Notes: generated from the letters alone by a model not told the origin. Numbered from the whole stretch's first letter, positions 25,258 to 34,323 are shown. The stretch is 61,372 bases of DNA, filler included, from 5 parts of 5 records of this genome joined end to end with filler, not necessarily neighbours in it; one strand, 5' to 3'. Numbers and translations are program-made.

Positions 25258-27012
25258 TCAGGCTTTCGGGTCCAGCAGCCACACCATGTTGTTCTCGTGG
25301 TTGCCGGTGTCTTCGCCGATCAGCAGGCGACCGTCGTCCATCACTTCCACGTTGTCCGGGCCGGACAGGCCGTCCACGCTGCAGGTGTTGGCGGCGTCGG
25401 TGGGGTCGTAGGGACCGCCGAGCTCCACCATCTCCAGGCGTGACACGTTGTAGTCCGCTTCCAGGGGCATGCGGAAGGCGCCGCCGCAGCGGGCGTCCTG
25501 GTTGGTCAGCTGGATCGCGCCTTCGCTGTCCAGCATGTTGCCGGCGATGTCGGACATCACCACATAGACGTGCGCCTGTTCACCGTCGCCTTCGACGCTG
25601 GCCTGGGCGCGCTTCTGGTTCACGTTGATGCCTTCCATCTTGTTGAACTCGCCGGTGGCGCCCAGCTTCACCGCCGCCTTGCGCGATTCCAGGAACGCCG
25701 GACGGTCGTCGGCGAACGGGCTGGCGGCGACGCTGCCGCTCTCGTCCAGGTCCTGGTTGAGCTTGGCTTCCGCCCAGTCGTTGATCTGCTGGTCGGAGAT
25801 GTAGCTGTTGGCGCCGTCCACGTAGTCGGCGGTGGTGACGTCGTCGTACTCGTCCACCCAGCTCTCGATGTCCGCGTTGCTGGCGCTGGCCAGTTCCACC
25901 CAGTCGATGTCGAAGCCGGCTTCGGCGGCGTCCATGGGCAGGGTGTCCTGGGTCACCGCGGCGGCGTACAGGGTGCCGCTGCTCAGATCACCGGCGGTGT
26001 CGGCCACGAACTTGAACAGGATCACGCCGCCGCCGTCGTCGCTCATATAGACGGTTTTCTGGTCCGGCATCACCACCGCGTTTTCATGGGAGTAGCGGCC
26101 CAGGGTGAAGTGCTTCACCGGGGTCGGCGTGCCGGTGGGGTCGGTAATCTCGACGATGTAGCCGTAGTCGTAGGGGTTGGGGTAGGTCACCGTGTAATCG
26201 GTGTTGATCTCGCCGGCCAGGTAGTCGGCCAGATCCTGAACGCTGCCCTGGCCGGGTGCGTTCCAGTTCACGGTATTGTCAAAGTACAGCTCTTCGGAGG
26301 TGAGCGGCGTGTTCCACGGGGACACGGTGCCGAAGCAGTTCACCCAGGTGCCCTTCACGGCGGAGAAATCGACCATGGAAGCGTCGTTGTCCTGGACCAC
26401 CCAGCGGCCTTCGTCGGTGCGGATCAGGTGCAGGCGGCTCATGCCGCCGGGACGGTCTTCCCAGTTGGTGAAAAGGTAGCCTTCGTCTTCGCTGACTTCC
26501 ACCCAGCCGTTGAAGTCCGGGTCGTTGGAGACCTTGATCAGGGCGGTGCCGTCCTGCACGGCGATGCCGCCCAGGCCGGGCTGCGGGGCGCCGGCCCAGG
26601 CGTCGCCCTGCTGGCCGAGCACGTTATAGCGGCCGGTGGCCACCCGCATGATCTGCTTTTCTTCGTCGGTTTCCGGTACCGAGACGCCCTCGAACGGCTT
26701 GTTGATGTCGGTGTTTTCGATCAGGCCCACGGTGGCGTGGCGGTAGACGTGCCCTTCGGCGTCGGGCGTCACGTTGGCGTCGGAGGGGTGCTGGATGTTG
26801 GTGAACACTTCGCCGTCCTGTTTCAGGAACAGGCCGGTGGCCTCGGAACCCAGGGGGAGGGTGGCGACGCGGGTCAGGCGTTCCATCTGGATGCCGCCGG
26901 TGTCACCGCCACCGTTATTGCTGTCGCTATCACCGCCGCAGGCGGCCAGGGCGAGCGAGGTGGCGATGGCCAGCGCGCTCAATTTAAAACGGGCGTCGTT
27001 CCGCAGATACAT
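25258..27012 (-). CDS. phoX: PhoX/DUF839-family alkaline phosphatase-like lipoprotein, circularly permuted
   Basis: Lipobox LAAC; NCFGTVSPWNTPLTSEE, GRYSHEN, YMSDD, KMEG, PDN..IGED. The GSEATG..FTNIQHP segment is at the N-terminus. Start trimmed to ATG 27012. Confidence 0.8.
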   Translation of the reverse strand: MYLRNDARFKLSALAIATSLALAACGGDSDSNNGGGDTGGIQMERLTRVATLPLGSEATGLFLKQDGEVFTNIQHPSDANVTPDAEGHVYRHATVGLIENTDINKPFEGVSVPETDEEKQIMRVATGRYNVLGQQGDAWAGAPQPGLGGIAVQDGTALIKVSNDPDFNGWVEVSEDEGYLFTNWEDRPGGMSRLHLIRTDEGRWVVQDNDASMVDFSAVKGTWVNCFGTVSPWNTPLTSEELYFDNTVNWNAPGQGSVQDLADYLAGEINTDYTVTYPNPYDYGYIVEITDPTGTPTPVKHFTLGRYSHENAVVMPDQKTVYMSDDGGGVILFKFVADTAGDLSSGTLYAAAVTQDTLPMDAAEAGFDIDWVELASASNADIESWVDEYDDVTTADYVDGANSYISDQQINDWAEAKLNQDLDESGSVAASPFADDRPAFLESRKAAVKLGATGEFNKMEGINVNQKRAQASVEGDGEQAHVYVVMSDIAGNMLDSEGAIQLTNQDARCGGAFRMPLEADYNVSRLEMVELGGPYDPTDAANTCSVDGLSGPDNVEVMDDGRLLIGEDTGNHENNMVWLLDPKA

Positions 27013-27067
27013 GGGTTTCTCCGTCTTATTCAGAATGGGATTGGGGAGGCGGCCAATCCTGACGGAG

Positions 27068-27111
27068 AAAAATGTCAATTCAGTGTTCGTAAAATGGCGG
27101 CTATGTGAACG
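27068..27111 (-). promoter_or_regulatory. Candidate PhoB (Pho) box array
   Basis: Four heptamers at exact 11-bp period on the minus strand: CGTTCAC-ATAG-CCGCCAT-TTTA-CGAACAC-TGAA-TTGACAT-TTTT. Each is degenerate relative to CTGTCAT. Confidence 0.4.
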
Positions 27112-27137
27112 CGGTCTTCACGGAGACGCCGGTCACA

Positions 27138-27362
27138 CTATTTCTTGCGGCGGCGGGTGATTACGATCAGAACGATGGTGAGGCCCAGGGCGCCGGCGGG
27201 GAACAGCAGCAGCAGGCGTTCACGGCGTTTGGCCTTCTCCAGCTGGGCGTCGGCTTTCCGGACTTCCGGGTTCACGGCCTGGTCGGCCTGTTCCTGGGCG
27301 ACCACCGGAGTGGCGGCACTCAAACCCAGAGCCAGAATCAGGGAAGCAAGGAAAAGGCGCAT
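27138..27362 (-). CDS. Small exported protein (74 aa) with C-terminal TM anchor and basic tail
   Basis: Signal peptide MRLFLASLILALGLSAATPVVA|Q; C-terminus LLLLFPAGALGLTIVLIVITRRRKK. Confidence 0.6.
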   Translation of the reverse strand: MRLFLASLILALGLSAATPVVAQEQADQAVNPEVRKADAQLEKAKRRERLLLLFPAGALGLTIVLIVITRRRKK

Positions 27363-27388
27363 GCTGAAGGGGCCTTCAGAGCGGATAC

Positions 27389-27417
27389 AAAAAGGGCTCC
27401 CATGGGGAGCCCTTTTC
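27389..27417. terminator. Bidirectional intrinsic terminator downstream of the tRNA
   Basis: AAAAAGGGCTCCC-ATG-GGGAGCCCTTTT. Confidence 0.75.
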
Positions 27418-27422
27418 TGAAT

Positions 27423-27452
27423 TGGTGCCGAGGAGAGGACTTGAACCTCCAC
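27423..27452 (-). tRNA. tRNA 3' portion (T-arm, acceptor strand, CCA), probably tRNA-Leu; truncated by contig end
   Basis: Minus strand reads GTGGAGGTTCAAGTCCTCTCCTCGGCACCA. The anticodon is not in the window; Leu is inferred from the acceptor stem, discriminator A and purA synteny. Confidence 0.8.
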
Positions 27453-27552
27453 NNNNNNNNNNNNNNNNNNNNNNNNNNNNNNNNNNNNNNNNNNNNTTAA
27501 TTAATTAANNNNNNNNNNNNNNNNNNNNNNNNNNNNNNNNNNNNNNNNNNNN
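27453..27552. other. Artificial contig-joining spacer
   Basis: N44-TTAATTAATTAA-N44. Confidence 0.97.
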
Positions 27553-27581
27553 CTTTCGCGGGCGGGGCCCGCTCGCACAGG
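27553..27581 (-). repeat. REP element at contig start
   Basis: CTTTCGCGGGCGGGGCCCGCTCGCACAGG, same family as 1-30 and 9292-9320. Confidence 0.72.
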
Positions 27582-27591
27582 GGTGCCGGTT

Positions 27592-28866
27592 TTAGGGGGC
27601 CTCGGGCTCGTTTGAGGCGTGGCGTACCTTGGCGGCCTTCACCATGTTGTCCTTCACCTGCAGGATCTCGATCAGATAATCGCCGATGCGGATCGAGATA
27701 TTGGCGTCCGGTATGTCCTGCAGGTATTCCAGGATCAAGCCGTTGAGCGTGCGCGGCCCGCCGGTGGGCAGGTCCCAGTCCAGTGAGCGGTTGATCTCCC
27801 GCAGGTGGGTGGCGCCGTCGATCACATGGCTGCCGTCCTCCTGGGGGTGGATGTCCTGGCTGGTGGCGGCCAGGTCGGTGGTGAATTCGCCGACGATTTC
27901 CTCAAGAATATCTTCCAGCGTCACCAGGCCGAGCACGTCGCCGTACTCGTCCACCACGATACCGATGCGCCGCCGCGCGTTCTGGAAATTGATCAGCTGA
28001 CGGTTCAGCGACGTGCCTTCCGGCACGAAGTAGGGCTCCACCGTGTGCTGCATCAGCTCCGCTTTGTTGATGTCTTCCTTGAGCAGCAGCCGGCTCAGTT
28101 TGCGCAGGTGCAGCAGGCCCAGCATGTTGTTGGGGTCGCTGCGGTAGACGGGCAGCCGGGTGTGCTGGCTGGCGCGCAGGGTGGACATGATCTCGTCCAT
28201 GTCGTCGTCGATATCCACGCCCACCATCTCGTTGCGCGGGATCATGATGTCTTCCACCGTGACGCTTTCCAGATCCAGGATATTGAGCAGCATCTTCTGG
28301 TGCTTTTCCGGGATCAGGCCGCCGGCCTCGTTGACCACGGTGCGCAGCTCCTCGGGGCTGAGGTGGTCGTCGTCGCTGTTGCGGGTCTGGGCGCCGGCCA
28401 GCTTCAGGAACACCATGCTGATGCCGTTGACCAGCCACACCAGCGGCGCCAGCAGCACCTGCAGAGGCTTGAGCACCACGCTGGCGGGGAAGGCAATGCG
28501 CTCCGGCTTCAGGGCCGCGTAGGTCTTGGGTGTGATCTCGGCGAATACCAGCATCACCAGGGTGATCACCACCGGCGCCACCGCCGCGCCGCTGTCGCCC
28601 AGCCAGCGGATCGCCAGAATCGCCGCCACCGTGGCGGCGAAGTTGTTGACGAAATTGTTACCGATCAGGATCACCGACAGCAGGCGGTCGGTGCGGCGCA
28701 GCAGGCTCTCCACCCGCACGGCGGCGCGGTGCCCCTGGCGGGCCAGATGCCGCAGGCGATAGCGGTTGATCGCCACCATGCCGGTTTCACTGCTGGAGAA
28801 GAAGGCGGAGCCGAGAATCAGGATGATCAGGGCGGTGATCAGCCACCCGTCGGAGAAACTGTCCAA
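27592..28866 (-). CDS. HlyC/CorC (CNNM/DUF21 + CBS + CorC_HlyC) transporter, YfjD-like
   Basis: SAFFSSSET, ILIGNN, FAEITPKT, HTRLPVY, VDEYG...TLEDILEEIVGEF. TTG start. Confidence 0.92.
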   Translation of the reverse strand: MDSFSDGWLITALIILILGSAFFSSSETGMVAINRYRLRHLARQGHRAAVRVESLLRRTDRLLSVILIGNNFVNNFAATVAAILAIRWLGDSGAAVAPVVITLVMLVFAEITPKTYAALKPERIAFPASVVLKPLQVLLAPLVWLVNGISMVFLKLAGAQTRNSDDDHLSPEELRTVVNEAGGLIPEKHQKMLLNILDLESVTVEDIMIPRNEMVGVDIDDDMDEIMSTLRASQHTRLPVYRSDPNNMLGLLHLRKLSRLLLKEDINKAELMQHTVEPYFVPEGTSLNRQLINFQNARRRIGIVVDEYGDVLGLVTLEDILEEIVGEFTTDLAATSQDIHPQEDGSHVIDGATHLREINRSLDWDLPTGGPRTLNGLILEYLQDIPDANISIRIGDYLIEILQVKDNMVKAAKVRHASNEPEAP

Positions 28867-28923
28867 GAGGAAGTCGTTTCGTTGCTTATTGGCAGCACAT
28901 TGTTTGGTGCCGGCGGTGGGCTG

Positions 28924-29706
28924 TCAACTGTGTCCCAGCCACAGGGCGGTCAGCTCCGCGCGGCTGCGCACATTGAATTTGCGGAACAGGGTTTTCACGT
29001 ACTGGTGGGTGGTGTGCGGGCTCTGGCCCATGGCCTCGGCGATATTTTTCTCGGCGCTGCCGGCCAGCATATGCTTGAGCACGCCGCGCTCGGTGGGGGT
29101 GAGCGGGGCGTCGGCCATCAGCTGGCCGTAGCTGAGGTGGATCTGCCGGTTCAGCCAGCCCAGGCTGCGCAGGGCGTAGCTGGCGATTTCCAGGTCCTGC
29201 GGGGTGAAATCGGGCTGGCCGCGCAGCCGGTCGAACATAAAGTAGCTTTCCACGTCCTCGTTCACCGGCATCACCACGAACAGGCGGTCGGTGATGCCGC
29301 GCCCCAGATAATGGTGGATGTAGTGGTCGCCGGAGTAGAACCCCTCGGAGACGTGGTCCACCAGCAGGGTGGCGCGGAATTCCCCGGCACGGCGCACATG
29401 GTTGTAGGTGGATTCGTCCGGGATACCCTTGTCGAGCCGTTTCACCGCGCCGGTGTAGGCCTGCTGGTCCGCCGGCAGCTCACCGTGGAAGAACACCGAA
29501 CGCGCCCGCCAGCCCAGCAGCGGGTCGTTGTCGGCGTCGTCGGCGAGGCGCAGGGAGGAAAGCCACAGGCCGTGGTGTGAGTCGATCAGCGCGCTGATCT
29601 CGGTGAACAGTTTGTTCAGGCAGACTTCCGGGGCGGAGGCGGGCAGTTCGGCCATCTCGTCCCACAGGCGGTGGATGGCGGTCCGTGTCTCCTCATCGAT
29701 GTGCAT
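28924..29706 (-). CDS. LuxR-family HTH transcriptional regulator with an uncharacterised N-terminal sensor domain
   Basis: C-terminal LTPTERGVL...EKNIAEAMGQSPHTTHQYVKTLFRKFNVRSRAEL; GGAGG RBS. Confidence 0.85.
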   Translation of the reverse strand: MHIDEETRTAIHRLWDEMAELPASAPEVCLNKLFTEISALIDSHHGLWLSSLRLADDADNDPLLGWRARSVFFHGELPADQQAYTGAVKRLDKGIPDESTYNHVRRAGEFRATLLVDHVSEGFYSGDHYIHHYLGRGITDRLFVVMPVNEDVESYFMFDRLRGQPDFTPQDLEIASYALRSLGWLNRQIHLSYGQLMADAPLTPTERGVLKHMLAGSAEKNIAEAMGQSPHTTHQYVKTLFRKFNVRSRAELTALWLGHS

Positions 29707-29716
29707 CCCGCCCTCC

Positions 29717-30520
29717 TTAGGTTTTGTCGAGAATCACTTCCAAAACCAGTTGCGAGCCGAAGAAGGCCACCACCAGCACCGCGAAGCCCGCCAGCGTGAA
29801 GCGCACCGCCGTGCGGCCGCGCCAGCCGCGCAGATGGCGGCCGCCGAGAAGCACCGCGAAAATCACCCAGGAAACCAGCGTCAGCACGGTTTTGTGTACC
29901 AGATGCTGGGCGAACAGGTCGTCCACGTACATAAAGCCGAACAGAATCGCCAGCGTCAGCAGGCTCTGGCCCAGCCAGATGGTGTCGAACAGCATCGACT
30001 CCATCACCTGCATGGGCGGGAACAGGCGCATCACCCCGCGGATGTGGCCGTCCTTGAGCTGGCGGTCCTGGACCATCAGCAGCAGCGCCTGGCATGCGGA
30101 CAGCACCAGCACCGCGTAAGCCAGTATCGACAGCAGCACATGCAGGCCGATGCCGTGTTCCAGCGGGTGAGCGTTGTAACCGGTGTCGATCCACAGGCTG
30201 GCGGGGATGATCAATGCCGCGAACGGAAACACCAGCGCGCCGATCCACTGAAACGGCCGGTACAGGCTGGACACCAGCACCAGCCCGGCGCCCACCGCCG
30301 CCATGCAGGAGGCCACCGGGAACAGGCCCAGGCGCAGCCCCTGGTCGGTGACCAGCAGGAAATACAGCCCCACGGCGTGGGTGGCCACCGCCAGACCGCC
30401 GGGCAGCATCAGCACCGCCCGTGACGGCGCCGCCTGACCGCGGAACTGGCGGTACAGCAGCAGCGACGAGAGCGCGTATAAAAAAGTGGCGATCAGGCCC
30501 AGGGCCTCGGCAGCAGTCAT
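29717..30520 (-). CDS. Cytochrome c assembly family inner-membrane protein (YpjD/CcsA-like)
   Basis: About 8 TM helices; DLFAQHLVHKTVL, GWRGR, FFGSQLVLE. Divergent from ffh. Start trimmed to ATG 30520. Confidence 0.9.
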   Translation of the reverse strand: MTAAEALGLIATFLYALSSLLLYRQFRGQAAPSRAVLMLPGGLAVATHAVGLYFLLVTDQGLRLGLFPVASCMAAVGAGLVLVSSLYRPFQWIGALVFPFAALIIPASLWIDTGYNAHPLEHGIGLHVLLSILAYAVLVLSACQALLLMVQDRQLKDGHIRGVMRLFPPMQVMESMLFDTIWLGQSLLTLAILFGFMYVDDLFAQHLVHKTVLTLVSWVIFAVLLGGRHLRGWRGRTAVRFTLAGFAVLVVAFFGSQLVLEVILDKT

Positions 30521-30686
30521 AGGGTGCGATTTCTCCGAAAAAGCCGCCGAAGTCTGGCACAGGTACCCGTGCTTTTGAAGCGCCAGCCATGACGGGCGGG
30601 GCATCGGTGCCCTATAATCGGCGGCCTGTCGTCTCGGCGTGCGCGGTCAGCGCCGCCGAGCGCTCGAAATCTGGAGGTTGATGATC

Positions 30687-32147
30687 ATGTTCGAGAATCT
30701 CACGGACCGCCTGGGTCAGTCGCTGAAAGGCCTGGCCGGCCAGGGGCAGCTCACCGAAGACAATATCCGCGACACCCTGCGCGAGGTGCGCAAGGCGCTG
30801 CTGGAGGCCGACGTGGCCCTGCCGGTGGTCAAGGAGTTCGTGGAGCAGGTCAAGGAAAAGGCCCTCGGTCAGGAGGTGTTGAAAAGCCTTAACCCGGGCC
30901 AGGCGTTCGTCAAGATCGTCAACGACGAGCTGGTGCACACCATGGGCGACGCCAACGACGCCCTGAATCTGGCCTCCAAGCCGCCGGTGGTGATCATGAT
31001 GGCGGGCCTGCAGGGCGCCGGTAAGACCACCTCGGTGGCCAAGCTGGCGCGTTTCCTCCAGGAGCGGGAAAAGAAGAAAGTGATGGTGGTGTCCGCCGAC
31101 GTCTACCGCCCGGCGGCCATCGACCAGCTGCAGACCCTGGCCGGCGAGGTGAAGGCGGAATTCTTCCCCTCCACCGGGGACCAGGACCCGGTTGATATCG
31201 CCAACAACGCCCTGGCGGCGGCGCGCAGCAAATATATGGACGTGCTGATCGTCGATACCGCCGGCCGTCTGCACGTGGACGAGCAGATGATGGGTGAGAT
31301 CAGCCGTCTGCACGGCGCCATCAGCCCGGCGGAGACCCTGTTCGTGGTCGACGCCATGACCGGCCAGGACGCCGCCAACACCGCCCAGGCCTTTAATGAG
31401 GCGCTGCCGCTCACCGGTGTGATCCTCACCAAGGCGGACGGCGACTCCCGGGGCGGGGCGGCGCTGTCCGTGCGCCACCTCACCGGCAAGCCGATCAAAT
31501 TCATCGGCATGGGCGAGAAAACCGACGCCCTGGAGCCCTTCCACCCGGACCGGATCGCCAGCCGCATCCTCGGCATGGGCGACGTGCTGTCGCTGGTGGA
31601 GCAGGCCGAGCGCACCCTGGACAAAAAGAAAGCCGATAAGATCGCCAAGAAGTTCAAGAAAGGCCGGGCGATGGACTTCGAGGATCTGAAGGATCAGTTC
31701 CAGCAGATGCGCAACATGGGCGGCATGGCCAGCCTGCTCGACAAGCTGCCCGGCATGGGCGGCATGATGGAGGCGGCCCAGAACCCGGCCTCCATGAAAC
31801 AGATGAAGCACATGGAAGCCCTGATCGACTCCATGACCCCCAAGGAGCGCCGCAACCCGGACGTGATCAAGGGCTCGCGCAAGAAGCGCATCGCCGCCGG
31901 CGCCGGCCTGGAAATCCAGGACCTCAACCGCCTCATGAAGCAGCAGAAAATGATGGCGAAGATGATGAAGAAGATGCGCGGCAAGGGCGGCATGAAGAAC
32001 ATGATGCGCGGCATGGAAGGCATGATGGGCGGCGGCTCCGGCGGTCCCGGCGGCGGCATGCCCCCGGGCGGCATGGGCGGCGGTGGCGGCATGCCGCCCA
32101 TGGGCGGTGGCGGCGGTGGTCTGCCCCCCATGGGTGGCGGCCGCTAG
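30687..32147 (+). CDS. ffh: Signal recognition particle protein
   Basis: MFENLTDRL, GLQGAGKTT, DTAGR, TKADG, Met-rich M domain. GGAGG RBS; TATAAT at 30613. Confidence 0.98.
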   Translation: MFENLTDRLGQSLKGLAGQGQLTEDNIRDTLREVRKALLEADVALPVVKEFVEQVKEKALGQEVLKSLNPGQAFVKIVNDELVHTMGDANDALNLASKPPVVIMMAGLQGAGKTTSVAKLARFLQEREKKKVMVVSADVYRPAAIDQLQTLAGEVKAEFFPSTGDQDPVDIANNALAAARSKYMDVLIVDTAGRLHVDEQMMGEISRLHGAISPAETLFVVDAMTGQDAANTAQAFNEALPLTGVILTKADGDSRGGAALSVRHLTGKPIKFIGMGEKTDALEPFHPDRIASRILGMGDVLSLVEQAERTLDKKKADKIAKKFKKGRAMDFEDLKDQFQQMRNMGGMASLLDKLPGMGGMMEAAQNPASMKQMKHMEALIDSMTPKERRNPDVIKGSRKKRIAAGAGLEIQDLNRLMKQQKMMAKMMKKMRGKGGMKNMMRGMEGMMGGGSGGPGGGMPPGGMGGGGGMPPMGGGGGGLPPMGGGR

Positions 32148-32301
32148 GGCTTTATCTCGGCTGCGGATGGGCGTACAATCCGCACCCTTCGCGACCCGAC
32201 CGGGCCTTTTTCATGGCGCCGGGCGGGTTTTCAAGCGGATACGATGGCCGGCGGCGGGCGCCGCGGGCCGGGAAACCGGATTGAATTAAGGTAATTGAAT
32301 T

Positions 32302-32562
32302 ATGGTAGTTATTCGTCTCGCCCGCAGTGGCGCCAAGAAACGTCCCTTCTATCACATCGCCGTGGCCGACAGCCGCACTTCCCGCGATGGCCGTTTCATC
32401 GAACGCCTGGGCTTCTACAACCCGATCGCCCGTGGCGGCGAAATCCCGCTGCGCATTGATCTGGCCAAGGTTGACGCCTGGGTCGCCGAGGGTGCTCAGC
32501 CCTCCGAGCGCGTTAAGGCGCTGGTCAAGAAAGCCCGGAAAGAAGCCGAGCAAAGCGCGTAA
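32302..32562 (+). CDS. rpsP: 30S ribosomal protein S16
   Basis: [17 protein letters not shown]...[14 protein letters not shown]. Confidence 0.99.
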   Translation: MVVIRLARSGAKKRPFYHIAVADSRTSRDGRFIERLGFYNPIARGGEIPLRIDLAKVDAWVAEGAQPSERVKALVKKARKEAEQSA

Positions 32563-32586
32563 AGCGCTGCTGGCGAGCGCCTGAAG

Positions 32587-33135
32587 ATGGCGGCAGCCGA
32601 TAACGCCCTGACATCCGAGCAGGTGTTGGTGGTGGGCCGCGTAATGGCGGTCCACGGCGTCCAGGGGTGGGTGAAGGTGTATTCCCACACCGACCCGATG
32701 GAAAACATCTTCGAGTATCAGCCCTGGTATATGCGTCGCGGCGAGCACTGGCTGCCGGTGACGCTCACCGGCAAGCGTCGGCAGGGCAAGGGGCTGGTGG
32801 CCGGCGTGCAAGGTTGCAACGACCGGGACCAGGCCCAGCAAGAGCTGGTCGGGCGGGACATCGCCGTCCCCCGCGACCTGCTGCCCCGCTCCGGCGGGGG
32901 CGATTATTACTGGCGCGATCTGATCGGCCTGCGGGTGAAACTCGCCGACGGCCGGGATCTGGGCCGGGTGCACACTTTAATGGAAACCGGCGCCAACGAT
33001 GTTCTGGTGGTGCGCGGCGACGGCGACAGTCTCGACCGGGAAGAGCGGTTGCTCCCCTGGTTGCCCGAGCAGGTGATTCTGGATGTGGATCTGGAGCACG
33101 GCGAGATGCGGGTGGACTGGGACCCGGAGTTTTAG
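32587..33135 (+). CDS. rimM: Ribosome maturation factor RimM
   Basis: HGVQGWVKV, YYWRDLIG, ETGANDVLVV, VDWDPEF. Confidence 0.97.
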   Translation: MAAADNALTSEQVLVVGRVMAVHGVQGWVKVYSHTDPMENIFEYQPWYMRRGEHWLPVTLTGKRRQGKGLVAGVQGCNDRDQAQQELVGRDIAVPRDLLPRSGGGDYYWRDLIGLRVKLADGRDLGRVHTLMETGANDVLVVRGDGDSLDREERLLPWLPEQVILDVDLEHGEMRVDWDPEF

Positions 33136-33162
33136 CGAAGCGGCTCTAACGGGGGCACGGCC

Positions 33163-33948
33163 ATGCGGATAACGCTGATCACCCTGTTCCCGGAGATGGC
33201 GCGGGCGGTCACCGACTTCGGGGTTACCCGGCGCGCGGTGGAGAACGGCCAGCTGGTGCTGGACACGGTGAACCCGCGGGATTTCACCGAGGACCGCCAC
33301 CGCACCGTGGACGACCGGCCCTTCGGCGGCGGCCCGGGCATGGTGATGAAGGTGGCACCGCTGGAAAAGGCGCTCACCCACGCCCGGCAACGGGCCGGCG
33401 GTGGCAGGGTGATCTACCTGTCGCCCCAGGGGCGGCCGCTGACCCAGGCGAAAGCCGAAGCGCTGGCGGCGGAGCCGGAATTGATTCTGCTTGCCGGTCG
33501 CTACGAAGGGGTCGATGAGCGATTGTTGGAAGCGTCGGTGGACGAGCAGATCTCCATCGGCGACTACGTGCTCAGCGGCGGTGAACTGCCGGCGCTGGTA
33601 CTGATCGACGCGGTGACGCGTCTGCTGCCCGGAGTGCTCGGGCATCAGGATTCGGCGGCCCAGGATTCGTTTTCCGGTGATATGGAAAACCTGCTGGACT
33701 GCCCGCACTACACACGGCCCGAGCTGTATCAGGGCCGGTCGGTGCCTGAAGTTCTGCTCAGTGGCGATCACGAACGGATCCGTCGCTGGCGTTTGAAGCA
33801 GGCACTGGGACGCACCTGGCGGTGGCGTCCCGAACTGCTGGAGGCCCGCCGGGAGCGGGGCTTGAGCAAGGAAGAGAGCGAGTTGCTCGACGAATACATC
33901 CGCGAGTTCGAAGCGCGGGACGACGAGCAGCAATACAGCGATCAATGA
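33163..33948 (+). CDS. trmD: tRNA (guanine37-N1)-methyltransferase
   Basis: [32 protein letters not shown]. Confidence 0.98.
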   Translation: MRITLITLFPEMARAVTDFGVTRRAVENGQLVLDTVNPRDFTEDRHRTVDDRPFGGGPGMVMKVAPLEKALTHARQRAGGGRVIYLSPQGRPLTQAKAEALAAEPELILLAGRYEGVDERLLEASVDEQISIGDYVLSGGELPALVLIDAVTRLLPGVLGHQDSAAQDSFSGDMENLLDCPHYTRPELYQGRSVPEVLLSGDHERIRRWRLKQALGRTWRWRPELLEARRERGLSKEESELLDEYIREFEARDDEQQYSDQ

Positions 33949-33963
33949 ACCGAGGAGCCTGCC

Positions 33964-34323
33964 ATGAGCGGCAAAAAACCCCTGATTCAGGAAATCGAAC
34001 AGGCACAGCTGAAAACCGACGTGCCCGAGTTCGGCGCCGGTGACACCGTCACCGTGCAAGTGAAAGTGAAAGAAGGCACCCGTGAGCGTCTGCAGGCGTT
34101 CCAGGGTGTGGTCATCGCCCGCCGTAACCGCGGTCTCAACTCCGCCTTCACGGTGCGTAAGGTGTCCCACGGCGTGGGCGTTGAGCGGGTGTTCCAGCTG
34201 CACAGCCCGATCATCGATTCCATCGAAGTGAACCGTCGCGGTGACGTGCGTCGCGCCAAGCTGTACTTCCTGCGTGACCGCTCCGGTAAGTCCGCGCGGA
34301 TCAAGGAAAAAATCCGCAAGTAA
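33964..34323 (+). CDS. rplS: 50S ribosomal protein L19
   Basis: [28 protein letters not shown]. Confidence 0.99.
   Translation: MSGKKPLIQEIEQAQLKTDVPEFGAGDTVTVQVKVKEGTRERLQAFQGVVIARRNRGLNSAFTVRKVSHGVGVERVFQLHSPIIDSIEVNRRGDVRRAKLYFLRDRSGKSARIKEKIRK

Noticed and set aside
23496-27452. Active integrative element at the tRNA
   Set aside because: No integrase, no duplicate of the tRNA 3' end near purA, and no obvious compositional shift.
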